A DNA stretch of 64,000 nucleotides from Candidatus Spongiisociaceae bacterium (lineage in GTDB: Bacteria > Actinomycetota > Acidimicrobiia > Spongiisociales > Spongiisociaceae), in the NCBI GenBank assembly GCA_965262915.1, contig OZ253564.1, forward strand, positions 1,920,001-1,984,000. The letters are read 5' to 3'. The position numbers and the translations under genes were made by a program. A model generated the notes under the pieces. The model did not search any database. It was not told the DNA's origin and saw nothing but the letters and a program-made list of their open reading frames with translations. Positions 45,668 to 55,498 of the stretch are shown piece after piece (within the stretch, counting starts at the first letter, position 1; each line of letters opens with the position of its first letter).

Positions 45668-46438
45668 GTGGGAACGCGTGAAGTAGCGGTGATCACGGGT
45701 TCGGGCAGGCCTTGGAGTCTCGGGCGCGCTTGCGCTGTCCTACTCGCGTCTAAAGGAGTCGACATCGCCGTCGTCGACCTTCGGGCGGATTGGGGGAGAG
45801 AGGCCGTCACGGCCGTTGAACAGGCCGGAGCGAAGGGCTTCTTCGCTCATACCGACATCTCCCGCCGCGACGACGTAGAGGCGATGGTGGCGGGCGTCCT
45901 CGACGAGTTCGGTCGCATCGACACGCTCATTAACAGCGCGGCCGTCGTCGAGAACAGGCCCCTTGACGAGATCACTGATGAGCATTTCGATCGTGTCATC
46001 GGTATCAACCTGCACGGAACGATCCTCACCTGTCAGGCAGTAGCACCGACCATGCGACGGCTCGGCCGAGGCCGGATCATCAACATAGCCTCCGGGGCCG
46101 CCGTCCGGCCGCTGCGAACCACCGGTGTGTACAGCGCTTCCAAAGCGGCGGTAGTCGGCTTCAGCCGGGTCCTCGCACTAGAGTTGGCCGAAGACGACAT
46201 CGTGGTCAATGTCGTTGCGCCGGGGACGATGGGCAATGCAATGGGGAGTGAGCGTGGCCCGGAGGTCCGGGGCGATGTCGGATCGGCGAAGCTCGCGGCG
46301 GCGCTCCCCGCGCAGCCCTTCGGAACGCTCCCGACCATCGATCAAGTGACGGACCTCATCGCCTACCTCGCCACCTCGGACTCGCCGATCCTTGCCGGAC
46401 AGACATTGCACGCCAATGCTGGGGCGTGGATGGTGTGA
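45668..46438 (+). CDS. Short-chain dehydrogenase/reductase
   Basis: ITGSG..SLG, INSAA, YSASK, NVVAPG, GQTLHAN. Confidence 0.88.
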   Translation: MGTREVAVITGSGRPWSLGRACAVLLASKGVDIAVVDLRADWGREAVTAVEQAGAKGFFAHTDISRRDDVEAMVAGVLDEFGRIDTLINSAAVVENRPLDEITDEHFDRVIGINLHGTILTCQAVAPTMRRLGRGRIINIASGAAVRPLRTTGVYSASKAAVVGFSRVLALELAEDDIVVNVVAPGTMGNAMGSERGPEVRGDVGSAKLAAALPAQPFGTLPTIDQVTDLIAYLATSDSPILAGQTLHANAGAWMV

Positions 46439-46774
46439 GGTCGATTCAGTCTGCGCCGCGGTGAGTTGTGCCCCTGATGCCACGGTGCCTCAAGCATGGT
46501 GTCGGACCTCGATAGATCGACCCGACGGGATATCGCCTTCGACCGGCAACAGGATCCCAGTAGCGATAGGCGTGGAGCCGTCCGATAGGTCGATCCGTGG
46601 CCCTAGTCCCGTGGCACCGGCGACGCCGAGGTTGAGGATGGGTCGGTTCCAATTCAGTCTCGAACCTTTCCGCAAGACTTTCCAAACAGGCTGAGAGGAT
46701 TTTCCGAGTTGTCAGCGATATCCTGAGGGCTGACCCCTAGAGTCTACGATCCGAGCGATACCAGAGGAGGCTGC

Positions 46775-47833
46775 ATGGAATCGACGGCAGGCACCTCCGG
46801 CCCGCCGAAATCACCGGTTTCCACCTTGACTCACGAGGCAGTCTTGTCGGTGCGGGACCTCAGGACCTACGTGTTCACACGCCGCGGTGAAGGGAAGGCC
46901 GTCGACGGTGTCAGCTTTGATGTCTATCGCGGTAAGACGCTGGGTGTGGTCGGCGAATCCGGATCAGGAAAGAGCATGACGGCGCTGTCGATTCTCGGTC
47001 TGAACCCGAAACCGGAGACCCGAATCGTGAGCGGCGAGATCGTCCTCAACGGGGAAGACCTTCTCGGCAAGACTCCCCGCGAAATGCGTGCCGTCCGTGG
47101 CAAGCTCCTCGGCATGATCCTCCAGGATCCGATGACGGCCCTGAACCCGGTACTGACGATAGAGGATCAGGTATCCGAACCGCTCCTCGTTCACCGATTG
47201 TACTCCGGCCGAGGGATCCGGGAACGCGTCATCGATCTCCTCCGCATGCTGCGCATCCCTGGAGCGGAAAGCAGGCTGAAGAACTTTCCGCACCAATTCT
47301 CCGGTGGAATGCGCCAGCGCGTGGTGGGCGCAATTGCAATGTCCTGCAACCCCGACGTGCTGATCGCGGACGAGCCGACAACTGCGCTGGACGTGACTCT
47401 GCAGGCTGCCTACCTTGAGGTGCTGAAACGAATCCAGCAGGATCACTCGGTGGCGATCATCTTCATCACGCACGATTTCGGCATCGTCGCCGACATGTGC
47501 GACCGCGTCGCCGTGATGTACGCCGGCAAGATCGTCGAGGATGCGGCGACGGTCGAGTTGTTCGATCATCCCGCACACCCCTACACGATGGGCCTCCTGG
47601 GGTCGATACCCAATGTCGAAGAGGATGTCGCGCGCCTGGTTTCGATACCTGGCAGTCCGCCTTCGATTTTCGACAGGACACCCGGCTGCTCCTTTGCCCC
47701 CCGGTGCCGGTTTGCCACCGACCAGTGTGGTGCCGAAGAACCGCCTGTTGTGGAGGTCGCGATCAACCATTTCTCGCGGTGCTGGTACGCACGGGAGATC
47801 CACTCTGGAGAGATCAGCGACCATGACGCCTGA
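46775..47833 (+). CDS. Oligopeptide-type ABC ATP-binding protein (OppD-like)
   Basis: GESGSGKS, FSGGMRQR, DEPTTALD, C-terminal Cys domain. Confidence 0.92.
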   Translation: MESTAGTSGPPKSPVSTLTHEAVLSVRDLRTYVFTRRGEGKAVDGVSFDVYRGKTLGVVGESGSGKSMTALSILGLNPKPETRIVSGEIVLNGEDLLGKTPREMRAVRGKLLGMILQDPMTALNPVLTIEDQVSEPLLVHRLYSGRGIRERVIDLLRMLRIPGAESRLKNFPHQFSGGMRQRVVGAIAMSCNPDVLIADEPTTALDVTLQAAYLEVLKRIQQDHSVAIIFITHDFGIVADMCDRVAVMYAGKIVEDAATVELFDHPAHPYTMGLLGSIPNVEEDVARLVSIPGSPPSIFDRTPGCSFAPRCRFATDQCGAEEPPVVEVAINHFSRCWYAREIHSGEISDHDA

Positions 47834-48845
47834 GCCGATGGCCCTCCCGGATGCTGCACCTCTCCTCGAGGGTCGCAACCTCACGAAGCATTTCAGCGTG
47901 GCGCGCCGCAAGCCATGGGGAGATCGGGAATCGGTTCGTGCCGTCGACGGCGTTTCGTTCTCGGTCAAGCCCCACGAGACCTTCGGCCTCGTGGGCGAGT
48001 CTGGATGTGGCAAGACAACCACGGCACGAATGCTGCTACGGCTCGAAACGCCGACCTCCGGGGAAGTCCTTTACAAAGGGCAGAACGTGAGCGAACTCCG
48101 CGGCGAAGGCTTGCGGGCCTACCGCGGCGCTGTCCAAGCCGTGTTCCAGGATCCGTGGAGCTCGCTCAATCCCAGGATTCGAGCCGGGTCGATCATCGCT
48201 GAGCCGCTCGTCGTCAACGAGAACCTCAGCAGATCCCAGATCAGGCAGAAAGTGGGTGATCTGCTCACGGCGGTTGGTCTCGAGCCGGCGCTCGCCTTCA
48301 ACTACCCGCATGAGTTCAGCGGTGGCATGCGTCAGCGGATTGCTGTTGCGCGCGCGCTGTCGTTGAACCCTGATCTGATCGTCCTCGACGAGCCGGTCAG
48401 CGCACTCGACGTGAGCATTCGGGCCCAGATCATGAACCTGCTGCGCGACCTCCAGGATGAGTTCGGAGTCGCTTACTTTCTCGTCGCGCACGACCTCGCA
48501 ACCGTCCGCTATCTCAGTCACTGGGTAGCCGTGATGTACCTCGGGCAGATCGTCGAGATCGCCCAATCTGACGAGCTGTTCTCCAATCCGCTGCATCCCT
48601 ACACGGAGGCCCTCATCTCGGCGGCCCTGCCGGCTCATCCCAGGCGGAAGCGCCAGCCCATCATCCTGTCCGGCGAGGTTCCCTCGCCGACCCACCCACC
48701 CTCGGGTTGCCGATTCCACACCCGGTGCCCGGTCTCGCTCACAGCCGCCGCGGACGGAGATCCGTTCTTCGAGCTCACGATCAGCGAAGTCCCCGAGCTC
48801 AAGGAAGTCGCTCCCGACCACTTCGTACGATGTCACCAATACTGA
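47823..48845 (+). CDS. Oligopeptide-type ABC ATP-binding protein (OppF-like)
   Basis: GESGCGKT, FSGGMRQR, DEPVSALD, GCRFHTRC. Confidence 0.92.
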   Translation: MTPEPMALPDAAPLLEGRNLTKHFSVARRKPWGDRESVRAVDGVSFSVKPHETFGLVGESGCGKTTTARMLLRLETPTSGEVLYKGQNVSELRGEGLRAYRGAVQAVFQDPWSSLNPRIRAGSIIAEPLVVNENLSRSQIRQKVGDLLTAVGLEPALAFNYPHEFSGGMRQRIAVARALSLNPDLIVLDEPVSALDVSIRAQIMNLLRDLQDEFGVAYFLVAHDLATVRYLSHWVAVMYLGQIVEIAQSDELFSNPLHPYTEALISAALPAHPRRKRQPIILSGEVPSPTHPPSGCRFHTRCPVSLTAAADGDPFFELTISEVPELKEVAPDHFVRCHQY

Positions 48846-48879
48846 GATCGGACCGCGGGCAATTCGCTCTGCCCTCCCG

Positions 48880-49794
48880 ATGAAGGTCGGAATCTTCGGC
48901 CTGGGACTCGATGGGGCCGGCCTCGGAATGGAGGTCCGCACATCGCGCGGGCGGGCCGTGACCGTGGTAGGCCTCGACGAGGACCCGGACCGGACTCGCA
49001 AATCCCACGCTGCGGGAGCCATTGACGAAGCGGCTCCGGACGTGGCGACGCTGGCCGCCATACCTACGATCTTCGTCGCCGTCGAACCGGCCGCCCTGGA
49101 GCGCGCATTCCGCACGCTCAGTCCCCACCTCCGTCCCGGTGCTGTGGTGAGCGAGGTCGCCCCCGTCAAGAGTCCAGGCGCGATGCTCGCAGGAAGGATC
49201 CTGCCCCCTTCGGTCTCTTTTGTCGGCAGCCATCCTGTCGAGCGTGCCGGGCCGCCCACTGATATCCATGACGGTTGCCGGGTATGGTGTCTCACTCCCG
49301 GACAAGGTGCGACTGCCGACGCCATCGCGACGCTCAGCGACCTCGCCGTTGCCATGGACTACCGACCCTTGATCCTGACCCCCGAGGAACACGACCTCTT
49401 TGTCGGCGGGACTCAACACCTTCCTGCCCTGGCCAGGGCAGCCCTGCTCGCGATCGTCGTCGGCAGTGCCGGCTGGCGGGACCTGGCTCCGCTTGCTGCG
49501 GATCTCGGTGCAACGAAGGTGGCTATACCCACACCGGCCGATCTCGTCGCCAACCACGAGCCGGTCACTCACTGGCTGGACAGACTCCAAGCGCAGCTGG
49601 ACGAGATCAAAGGCGTGCTGGCCGCTGGCGACACGGACGGCATTGCTCGCCTACTCGAGGATCTCGCCCTGCACGAAGGCCGTATCACCGCATCCGAAGC
49701 CGAAACCCACGAACCCGGCTTTTTCCGGCGCGTCGCCGAAGGACTGTTCGGCGATCGATTGGTGAAGATCGTGGGCGGAAGGCCAGTGCCGTGA
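48880..49794 (+). CDS. Prephenate/arogenate dehydrogenase-like (TyrA fold), divergent
   Basis: GLGLDG, PVK, GSHP, PEEHD..QHLP. Confidence 0.7.
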   Translation: MKVGIFGLGLDGAGLGMEVRTSRGRAVTVVGLDEDPDRTRKSHAAGAIDEAAPDVATLAAIPTIFVAVEPAALERAFRTLSPHLRPGAVVSEVAPVKSPGAMLAGRILPPSVSFVGSHPVERAGPPTDIHDGCRVWCLTPGQGATADAIATLSDLAVAMDYRPLILTPEEHDLFVGGTQHLPALARAALLAIVVGSAGWRDLAPLAADLGATKVAIPTPADLVANHEPVTHWLDRLQAQLDEIKGVLAAGDTDGIARLLEDLALHEGRITASEAETHEPGFFRRVAEGLFGDRLVKIVGGRPVP

Positions 49795-51311
49795 ACGCAG
49801 CCGGGAACGGATCTATAGATCTGCTCATCACCGGCGGCACCGTTGTCGACGCCGGTGGATCGACGATCGCCGACCTCGCGGTGACGAACGGGACTATCAC
49901 CGCGGTAGGAGAACTCGCGGGCTGGCTGGACGCGGCACAGACATTGGACGCGACCGGATTGCTGGTCTTGCCCGGCCTCGTCGACGGCCACTTCCACTGC
50001 GCTGCGGCCTCGGCGTCACCGGTGGCCGACGACATGCGTCAGGGAACGATCAGCGCGGTCCACGGTGGCGTCACCACGGTCATGGTGCACGTGTTCGGCA
50101 GTCGCGGTCAGCCGTTGACGGAAGCCCTCGAATCCTTCGCTGCCACCGCCGGTGCCCAATCGCTGATCGACTACGGGATGCACTGCGGTGTGCGGCCGGA
50201 ACCGGAGTTGGTCGACCAGATCCCCACCGTGGTGTCTCTCGGCAGCCGGTCATTCAAGTTCCACCTCGATTATCGCAAGACGGGCGACGGCAGGATGTTC
50301 GATACCGACCTGCTTCTCGCCGGCATGGAGCACGTTGCATCGGTCGGCGCCGTCGCTATCGTCCACGCCGAGGATGGCCACGTCATCGACCACCTAGAGA
50401 ACAAGGTCTCCGCTCTCGGGCAAAGCGCGGTGTCGTCTTTCCTCGGCACCCGGCCCGACATAGCTGAAGAGATGGCAATCGAGCGGGTTGCCGCACTCAG
50501 CGAGTTGAGTGGCTGCCCGGTGGTCTTCGCCCACGTCACATCGGCTCGCTCCTCCTCCCGGCTTGCCGAGCTTCAGGCGAGGCGATCCGGTCTCCATGCC
50601 GAGACGCAACCCCACTACCTCGTCCTTACCGATGATGACCTCCAAAAGCAAGGCGCCATGGTGAAGGTCGGCCCTCCCCTTCGATCGGCGGCAGACAATT
50701 CGGCGATGTGGGAGGCCCTCCGGCGGGGAACGGTCGAGAGCCTTTCCAGCGACCACGTCCCCTACCGCCGTGCGATGAAAGCCGCGGCCGGGTCCGACTT
50801 CCTCGTCGATACGCCCTTCGGACTGCCCGGCGTGGAGACAATGTTGGGAGTTGCCTACACCCACGGCGTGACTGAGGGCCGGGTGTCCTTGCCCCAGATG
50901 GTGCGCTTCCTTTCGGAAGCGCCGGCCCGTCGCTTCGGTATCTATCCCCGGAAGGGGTCCCTGCGGCCGGGGGCCGACGCTGACATCGTAATCTTCGATT
51001 CGCGATCGAGATGGACGGTGAATTCGGATGACTTGCACTCGGCGGCCGACTTCACGCCATATGAAGGCTGGACGTTTGAGGGCCGGGTCAAGTCTGTGTT
51101 CCAACGCGGACGCCAAGTCGTGGCCGATGGCGAGCTCTTGGCGGAGCCGGGTGACGGGAAGTATGTGCCACAGACCGCCGTCGATCACATCGGCGTTCTA
51201 GCGGTGCCGAATACCGAGAGGGAGACCGTCGGAGGTAGTGTCAGGCATGTCGGCGAATCATCCGTCGGTCGATCCGTGAGGGCCGGACCGACGATGGGGA
51301 GGACGAGATGA
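49791..51311 (+). CDS. Cyclic amidohydrolase (dihydropyrimidinase/hydantoinase/allantoinase family)
   Basis: PGLVDGHFH, GGVTT, SFK, HAE, HVT, ETQPHYL, SSDH, PGADADIVI. Confidence 0.87.
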   Translation: MNAAGNGSIDLLITGGTVVDAGGSTIADLAVTNGTITAVGELAGWLDAAQTLDATGLLVLPGLVDGHFHCAAASASPVADDMRQGTISAVHGGVTTVMVHVFGSRGQPLTEALESFAATAGAQSLIDYGMHCGVRPEPELVDQIPTVVSLGSRSFKFHLDYRKTGDGRMFDTDLLLAGMEHVASVGAVAIVHAEDGHVIDHLENKVSALGQSAVSSFLGTRPDIAEEMAIERVAALSELSGCPVVFAHVTSARSSSRLAELQARRSGLHAETQPHYLVLTDDDLQKQGAMVKVGPPLRSAADNSAMWEALRRGTVESLSSDHVPYRRAMKAAAGSDFLVDTPFGLPGVETMLGVAYTHGVTEGRVSLPQMVRFLSEAPARRFGIYPRKGSLRPGADADIVIFDSRSRWTVNSDDLHSAADFTPYEGWTFEGRVKSVFQRGRQVVADGELLAEPGDGKYVPQTAVDHIGVLAVPNTERETVGGSVRHVGESSVGRSVRAGPTMGRTR

Positions 51312-52222
51312 TCTCGTTTATCGCGAAGCGCCTGGCTCAGGCTGCAATCACCATGATCGCGGTCACCATCGCCGTCTTCCTCCTGAGCCACGCGACGGGG
51401 AATCCGGCCGACGTGATACTCCCGATCGAAGCTACCGGCGAGCAGCGCGCCGCTCTCATCGACCGCCTCGGCCTCAATGAGCCCCTTCCCGAGCAGTATT
51501 GGATCTTCATCACAAACGCCGTGCAGGGGGATTTCGAGCGTTCGATCCGGACGCGCTCTCCCGTCATGGACCTCGTCGGCGACCGCTTCTGGAACTCGAT
51601 CAAGCTCGCGACTGCGGCGATCGGTTTTACGATCCTGGTCAGTGCTCCGCTCGGTGTGATTGCGGCCGTGAGGCGAGGCCGGTGGGCCGACAAGGGCGCG
51701 ATGACCTTCGCCACCCTGGGCCAGTCGTTACCGCCTTTCTTCACCGGCGTGCTTGCGATTCTCGTGTTCGCAGTCTGGTTCCGTGTTCTCCCTGCTCAGG
51801 GTGCCGACACCTGGAAACACTACGTCTTGCCGGCCGTCACGATGGGCTGGTTCACGGGGGCCGGCGTAACCCGCCTGATGCGTTCGGGCATGTTGGAAGT
51901 GCTCGATAGTGAGTACATCAAGCTAGCCCGGGCCAAGGGCACCTCAGAGACCAAGGTCATCTGGAAGCACGCCATGCGCAATGCTCTGATCCCGGTCGTG
52001 ACCTTCGTAGGGCTTATGTACGGGATTCTTCTAGCCGCCGCCGTTTCGACCGAGGTTGTGTTCGGGTGGCCAGGCATGGGCCGACTCGCTTTCGAAGCCG
52101 TTTCCTGGCGGGATTTCCCTCTGTTGCAAGCGGTTGTGCTCGTATGGTCCCTTGTCATCATTGGAATCAACCTCGTGGTGGACCTGAGCTATGGCCTTCT
52201 CGACCCTCGCATCCGGCGCTGA
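51308..52222 (+). CDS. ABC permease (OppB-like)
   Basis: EYIKLARAKG, VFGWPGMG, LLDPRIR. Confidence 0.92.
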   Translation: MISFIAKRLAQAAITMIAVTIAVFLLSHATGNPADVILPIEATGEQRAALIDRLGLNEPLPEQYWIFITNAVQGDFERSIRTRSPVMDLVGDRFWNSIKLATAAIGFTILVSAPLGVIAAVRRGRWADKGAMTFATLGQSLPPFFTGVLAILVFAVWFRVLPAQGADTWKHYVLPAVTMGWFTGAGVTRLMRSGMLEVLDSEYIKLARAKGTSETKVIWKHAMRNALIPVVTFVGLMYGILLAAAVSTEVVFGWPGMGRLAFEAVSWRDFPLLQAVVLVWSLVIIGINLVVDLSYGLLDPRIRR

Positions 52223-52223
52223 C

Positions 52224-53114
52224 ATGGTGCCCGAAATGCACGCACCTTCGAAACCTCGGCTTGGCCGGTTACGGAAGACCCGTGCCGCGTTGCGCGGTAT
52301 CCCGAAGCTCCCGATGCTCGTTGTGCTGACTACGGTGTTCCTCGCGCTCTTCGGAGAGGCGATCGCTCCGTACGGACCAACGACGATCGATCTTGCCAAC
52401 GCCCGTCTCCCCCCGTTTTGGGCAGGAGACGGCAGTACACAGTTTCTCCTCGGAACCGACGAGTTAGGCCGTGACGTCCTGAGCCGCGTGATAGTGGGAG
52501 CCAGAGTATCCCTCGGCGTAGCCGTCGTCACTATCGCCGTCGGAGGGATTATCGGCACCACTCTGGGGATCTGGGCCGGGTACGCAGGCGGGTTAACGGA
52601 TGTCGTCATAATGCGTATCGTCGACGGCTTCCTGGCGTTTCCCGCCATTCTCATCGCGCTCGTGTTCTCAGTGACGGTCGGTCCGGGCTTCGGTGTCGTC
52701 GTGCTCGTGCTCGCGTTGATGCTGTGGTCGCGTTACGCCCGCCTCATCCGGGGCGAGGTCTTGAGTCTACGCGACCGTGATTTCGTGAACCTGGCGAGGG
52801 TGGCTGGAGCTTCGCCGTTCCGAATAGTGCTCGTACACATCTTTCCCAATGTGCTGAGCACTTTGCTGGTTCTGTCGACACTGCAGGTCGGGTGGGCTAT
52901 TACCGTGGAGGCAACCCTTAGCTTCCTCGGAGCGGGTGTCCCGCCACCCGATCCGACGTGGGGCGGCATGGTGGCCGGTGGGCAGGATCTCCTCAGACGG
53001 GAGTGGTGGGTGTCGGTCTTCCCGGGGGTAGCCATCGGAGCCGTCGTACTGTCATTCAACTTGCTGGGCGATTGGATCCGTGACGCGCTCGATCCCAAGC
53101 TGCGGCAGTTGTAG
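52224..53114 (+). CDS. ABC permease (OppC-like)
   Basis: LGTDELGRDVLSR, EATLSFLG, GDWIRDALDP. Confidence 0.92.
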   Translation: MVPEMHAPSKPRLGRLRKTRAALRGIPKLPMLVVLTTVFLALFGEAIAPYGPTTIDLANARLPPFWAGDGSTQFLLGTDELGRDVLSRVIVGARVSLGVAVVTIAVGGIIGTTLGIWAGYAGGLTDVVIMRIVDGFLAFPAILIALVFSVTVGPGFGVVVLVLALMLWSRYARLIRGEVLSLRDRDFVNLARVAGASPFRIVLVHIFPNVLSTLLVLSTLQVGWAITVEATLSFLGAGVPPPDPTWGGMVAGGQDLLRREWWVSVFPGVAIGAVVLSFNLLGDWIRDALDPKLRQL

Positions 53115-53169
53115 GGCATCAGGTATCGCGCCCCAAGTCCAGAGCGTTAGCACAGAAAGGCTGAACAAA

Positions 53170-54165
53170 GTGCAATTCGGAGCGACATTCCTTACCGATC
53201 CTCCGGTGCGCCGGATCGTCGAACTTGCCAAGAAAGCAGAAGATGCGGGCTTCGACTACGTGTGGCTCGTCGACAGTCAGGTGCTCTGGCAAGACTCGTG
53301 GATCGCGGCCGCGCTCATCGCGGAAGCCACAGAACGCATCAGAATCGGCCCGATGGTCACCAATCCGGTGACGAGGGATTGGTCGGTCATAGCGAGCATG
53401 CTCGCCGTGCTCGACGAAGTGTCCGGAGGCCGGATCGTGTGCGGGATAGGCCGTGGCGACTCGGCCGTACGCACCGTCGGGCTCAAGCCGTCCTCCGTCG
53501 ATGAGTTCCGCCGTTCGATCGGGGTCATCAAGGGCCTTTTTGCAGGAAGGTCGGTCGAGCACAACGGGGTGGACGTCAAGATCGAATGGGCCGAAGGGCG
53601 GGACTTGGAAGTGTGGGGAGCCGGATACGGACCGCGCGTTCTCAACGTCGTGGGTGGTGAATGCGACGGTTTCATCCTTCAACTGACGGACCCCGACATC
53701 TTCGAGTGGATACTGCCGCTCGTCCGCAAAGGTGCGGCTGCTGCCGGCAGAATCGAGGGATCGGTGAAAGCGATGGTTGCGGGCCCCGCCTACATCACCA
53801 GCGGCAACCGGGAGCACGCGCACGCGCAGCTCAGATGGTTTGCCGGTTCGGTGGCCAATCACGTGGCCGACCTCATAGCGACCCACGGTGTAGAGCAGTT
53901 CCCACCAGCGCTGACCACCTTCATGGCCGGTCGGCCCAAATACGACTACAACAGGCACGGCCAGGTGGGCAATCCTTCGACCGAGTACGTTCCGAGCGAA
54001 ATCAATGAGCGATTCTGCGTGATCGGTGAACCGCAGGAGCATATCGAGAAGTTGCAGCGGTTGCGGGACCTCGGGATGGATCAGTACAACATCTACTTCA
54101 TCCACGATGCGGTGGAAGCGACGATGGAGGGATATGGCGAACACGTGATCCCGGCCTTTCGATAG
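53170..54165 (+). CDS. LLM-class probable F420-dependent oxidoreductase (TIGR03842-like)
   Basis: TDPP, DSQVLWQ, GPMVTNP.TRDW, CGIGRGDSA, DGFILQL.DP, YDY..HG..GNPST. Confidence 0.82.
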   Translation: MQFGATFLTDPPVRRIVELAKKAEDAGFDYVWLVDSQVLWQDSWIAAALIAEATERIRIGPMVTNPVTRDWSVIASMLAVLDEVSGGRIVCGIGRGDSAVRTVGLKPSSVDEFRRSIGVIKGLFAGRSVEHNGVDVKIEWAEGRDLEVWGAGYGPRVLNVVGGECDGFILQLTDPDIFEWILPLVRKGAAAAGRIEGSVKAMVAGPAYITSGNREHAHAQLRWFAGSVANHVADLIATHGVEQFPPALTTFMAGRPKYDYNRHGQVGNPSTEYVPSEINERFCVIGEPQEHIEKLQRLRDLGMDQYNIYFIHDAVEATMEGYGEHVIPAFR

Positions 54166-54173
54166 GCCCAGGA

Positions 54174-55412
54174 TCAAACGGTCCGGGGGTCACCGGCCGG
54201 GAGCCTCCGGTTGTGCATGTATCGAGCCGTCGCGAGCAGCGCCGCAGCAATTACTGCCCACACCGCCAGAAGCGTCCACGCCATCTCGAACGAGGTTGTC
54301 TCGAGGACATACCCGAAGAGTACGGGGGTCACTATCCCGCCGAGAGAACCGCCCGTGAGCAACATCCCGGCTGTAGCCCCGGGATTCTCGGGATACATTC
54401 GCCCGAGCGCGAAGAACACGATCGCAGGGAATCCCCACCCGAAACCGAACGCCACGATCGTCCCGATGATCATGGCCGCGGGTGCCCCGGTGGCCAGAAG
54501 GGCGTAGCCGACGAAGCCGGCGGCGATCATCCACGCGGCAACCAGCAGATGGCTGTGAGTCCAGCGATCGGCGAGCCTCCCGGTGATCAGGCGTGCGACG
54601 ATGGACGACGCCCCACCGATAGCGAGTACAAACCCGGCTTCACCTTTGCCGATGCCGGCGTCAACCGCCGACTCGACCAGAAAGGTGCTCATCGTTGTTG
54701 CGGCGCCAAACCCGAACGCCACGGCAACCGCAATGATGGCAGGCCCGCGCAGCGGCACCGGTTTCCGGCGTTCGCCATCTGGATTCCGAGAAACTGCCGC
54801 AACTTTCGGAACTAAGAATAGAACGCACGCCGCCAGGATCCCCGCCCCACCGAAGACCCAGCGCCACCCGAGTGTCAAGGCAACCAGCGGCACCGCGAAA
54901 CCGCCGACGAGGGCGGCCCCGGGGGGACCGGCCTGCTGGAAGCCGAACGCGATGCCGCGCCGGCCCACCCGAACGGCTCGGGCGATGAAGGCGCTCATCG
55001 CCGGACCCGCCAGCGCGCTGGCCACACCGCCGAGCACGAGCCATGCCACCAGCGCTCCCCACGAGTCAGCGAAAAGCCCGATGCCGATCGCTGTGATAGC
55101 GGTTAGCGAGACGGCGGCCCGCATAGCGCGAGACGGCCCGGTGATGTCGACCACGCGACCGAGGGTGGCCGACGATAGGGTCACGATGCCACGAAAGGAA
55201 GCTGCCGCGATCCCGAGCTGGGTCGGTGAGAAGTCGAGGTCGGCGCGGAGTTGCACTGCAAGGGCACCCAGAAGAAAGGGCGGGGAGACCGCCACCAGGC
55301 TGACGGAACCGGCGGCGAGGACGGCCCGTCGCAACGATGGCGAACTTTCCTCGACCCTGCCGGACGGGCTTGCCGACTGCGGATCCACGTCGCCGGAACC
55401 TGTAGGCCTCAT
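54174..55412 (-). CDS. MFS transporter
   Basis: About 12 hydrophobic segments; GRVVD..GP and GRLADR motif A. Confidence 0.85.
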   Translation of the reverse strand: MRPTGSGDVDPQSASPSGRVEESSPSLRRAVLAAGSVSLVAVSPPFLLGALAVQLRADLDFSPTQLGIAAASFRGIVTLSSATLGRVVDITGPSRAMRAAVSLTAITAIGIGLFADSWGALVAWLVLGGVASALAGPAMSAFIARAVRVGRRGIAFGFQQAGPPGAALVGGFAVPLVALTLGWRWVFGGAGILAACVLFLVPKVAAVSRNPDGERRKPVPLRGPAIIAVAVAFGFGAATTMSTFLVESAVDAGIGKGEAGFVLAIGGASSIVARLITGRLADRWTHSHLLVAAWMIAAGFVGYALLATGAPAAMIIGTIVAFGFGWGFPAIVFFALGRMYPENPGATAGMLLTGGSLGGIVTPVLFGYVLETTSFEMAWTLLAVWAVIAAALLATARYMHNRRLPAGDPRTV

Positions 55413-55498
55413 ACTCTGTTCACGATTGGAAGGATTGTGGCATCGTTTCGACGGTGGTGAGAGGTACCTATCCTGCAAGACGAAGACCGGAGGATCCC

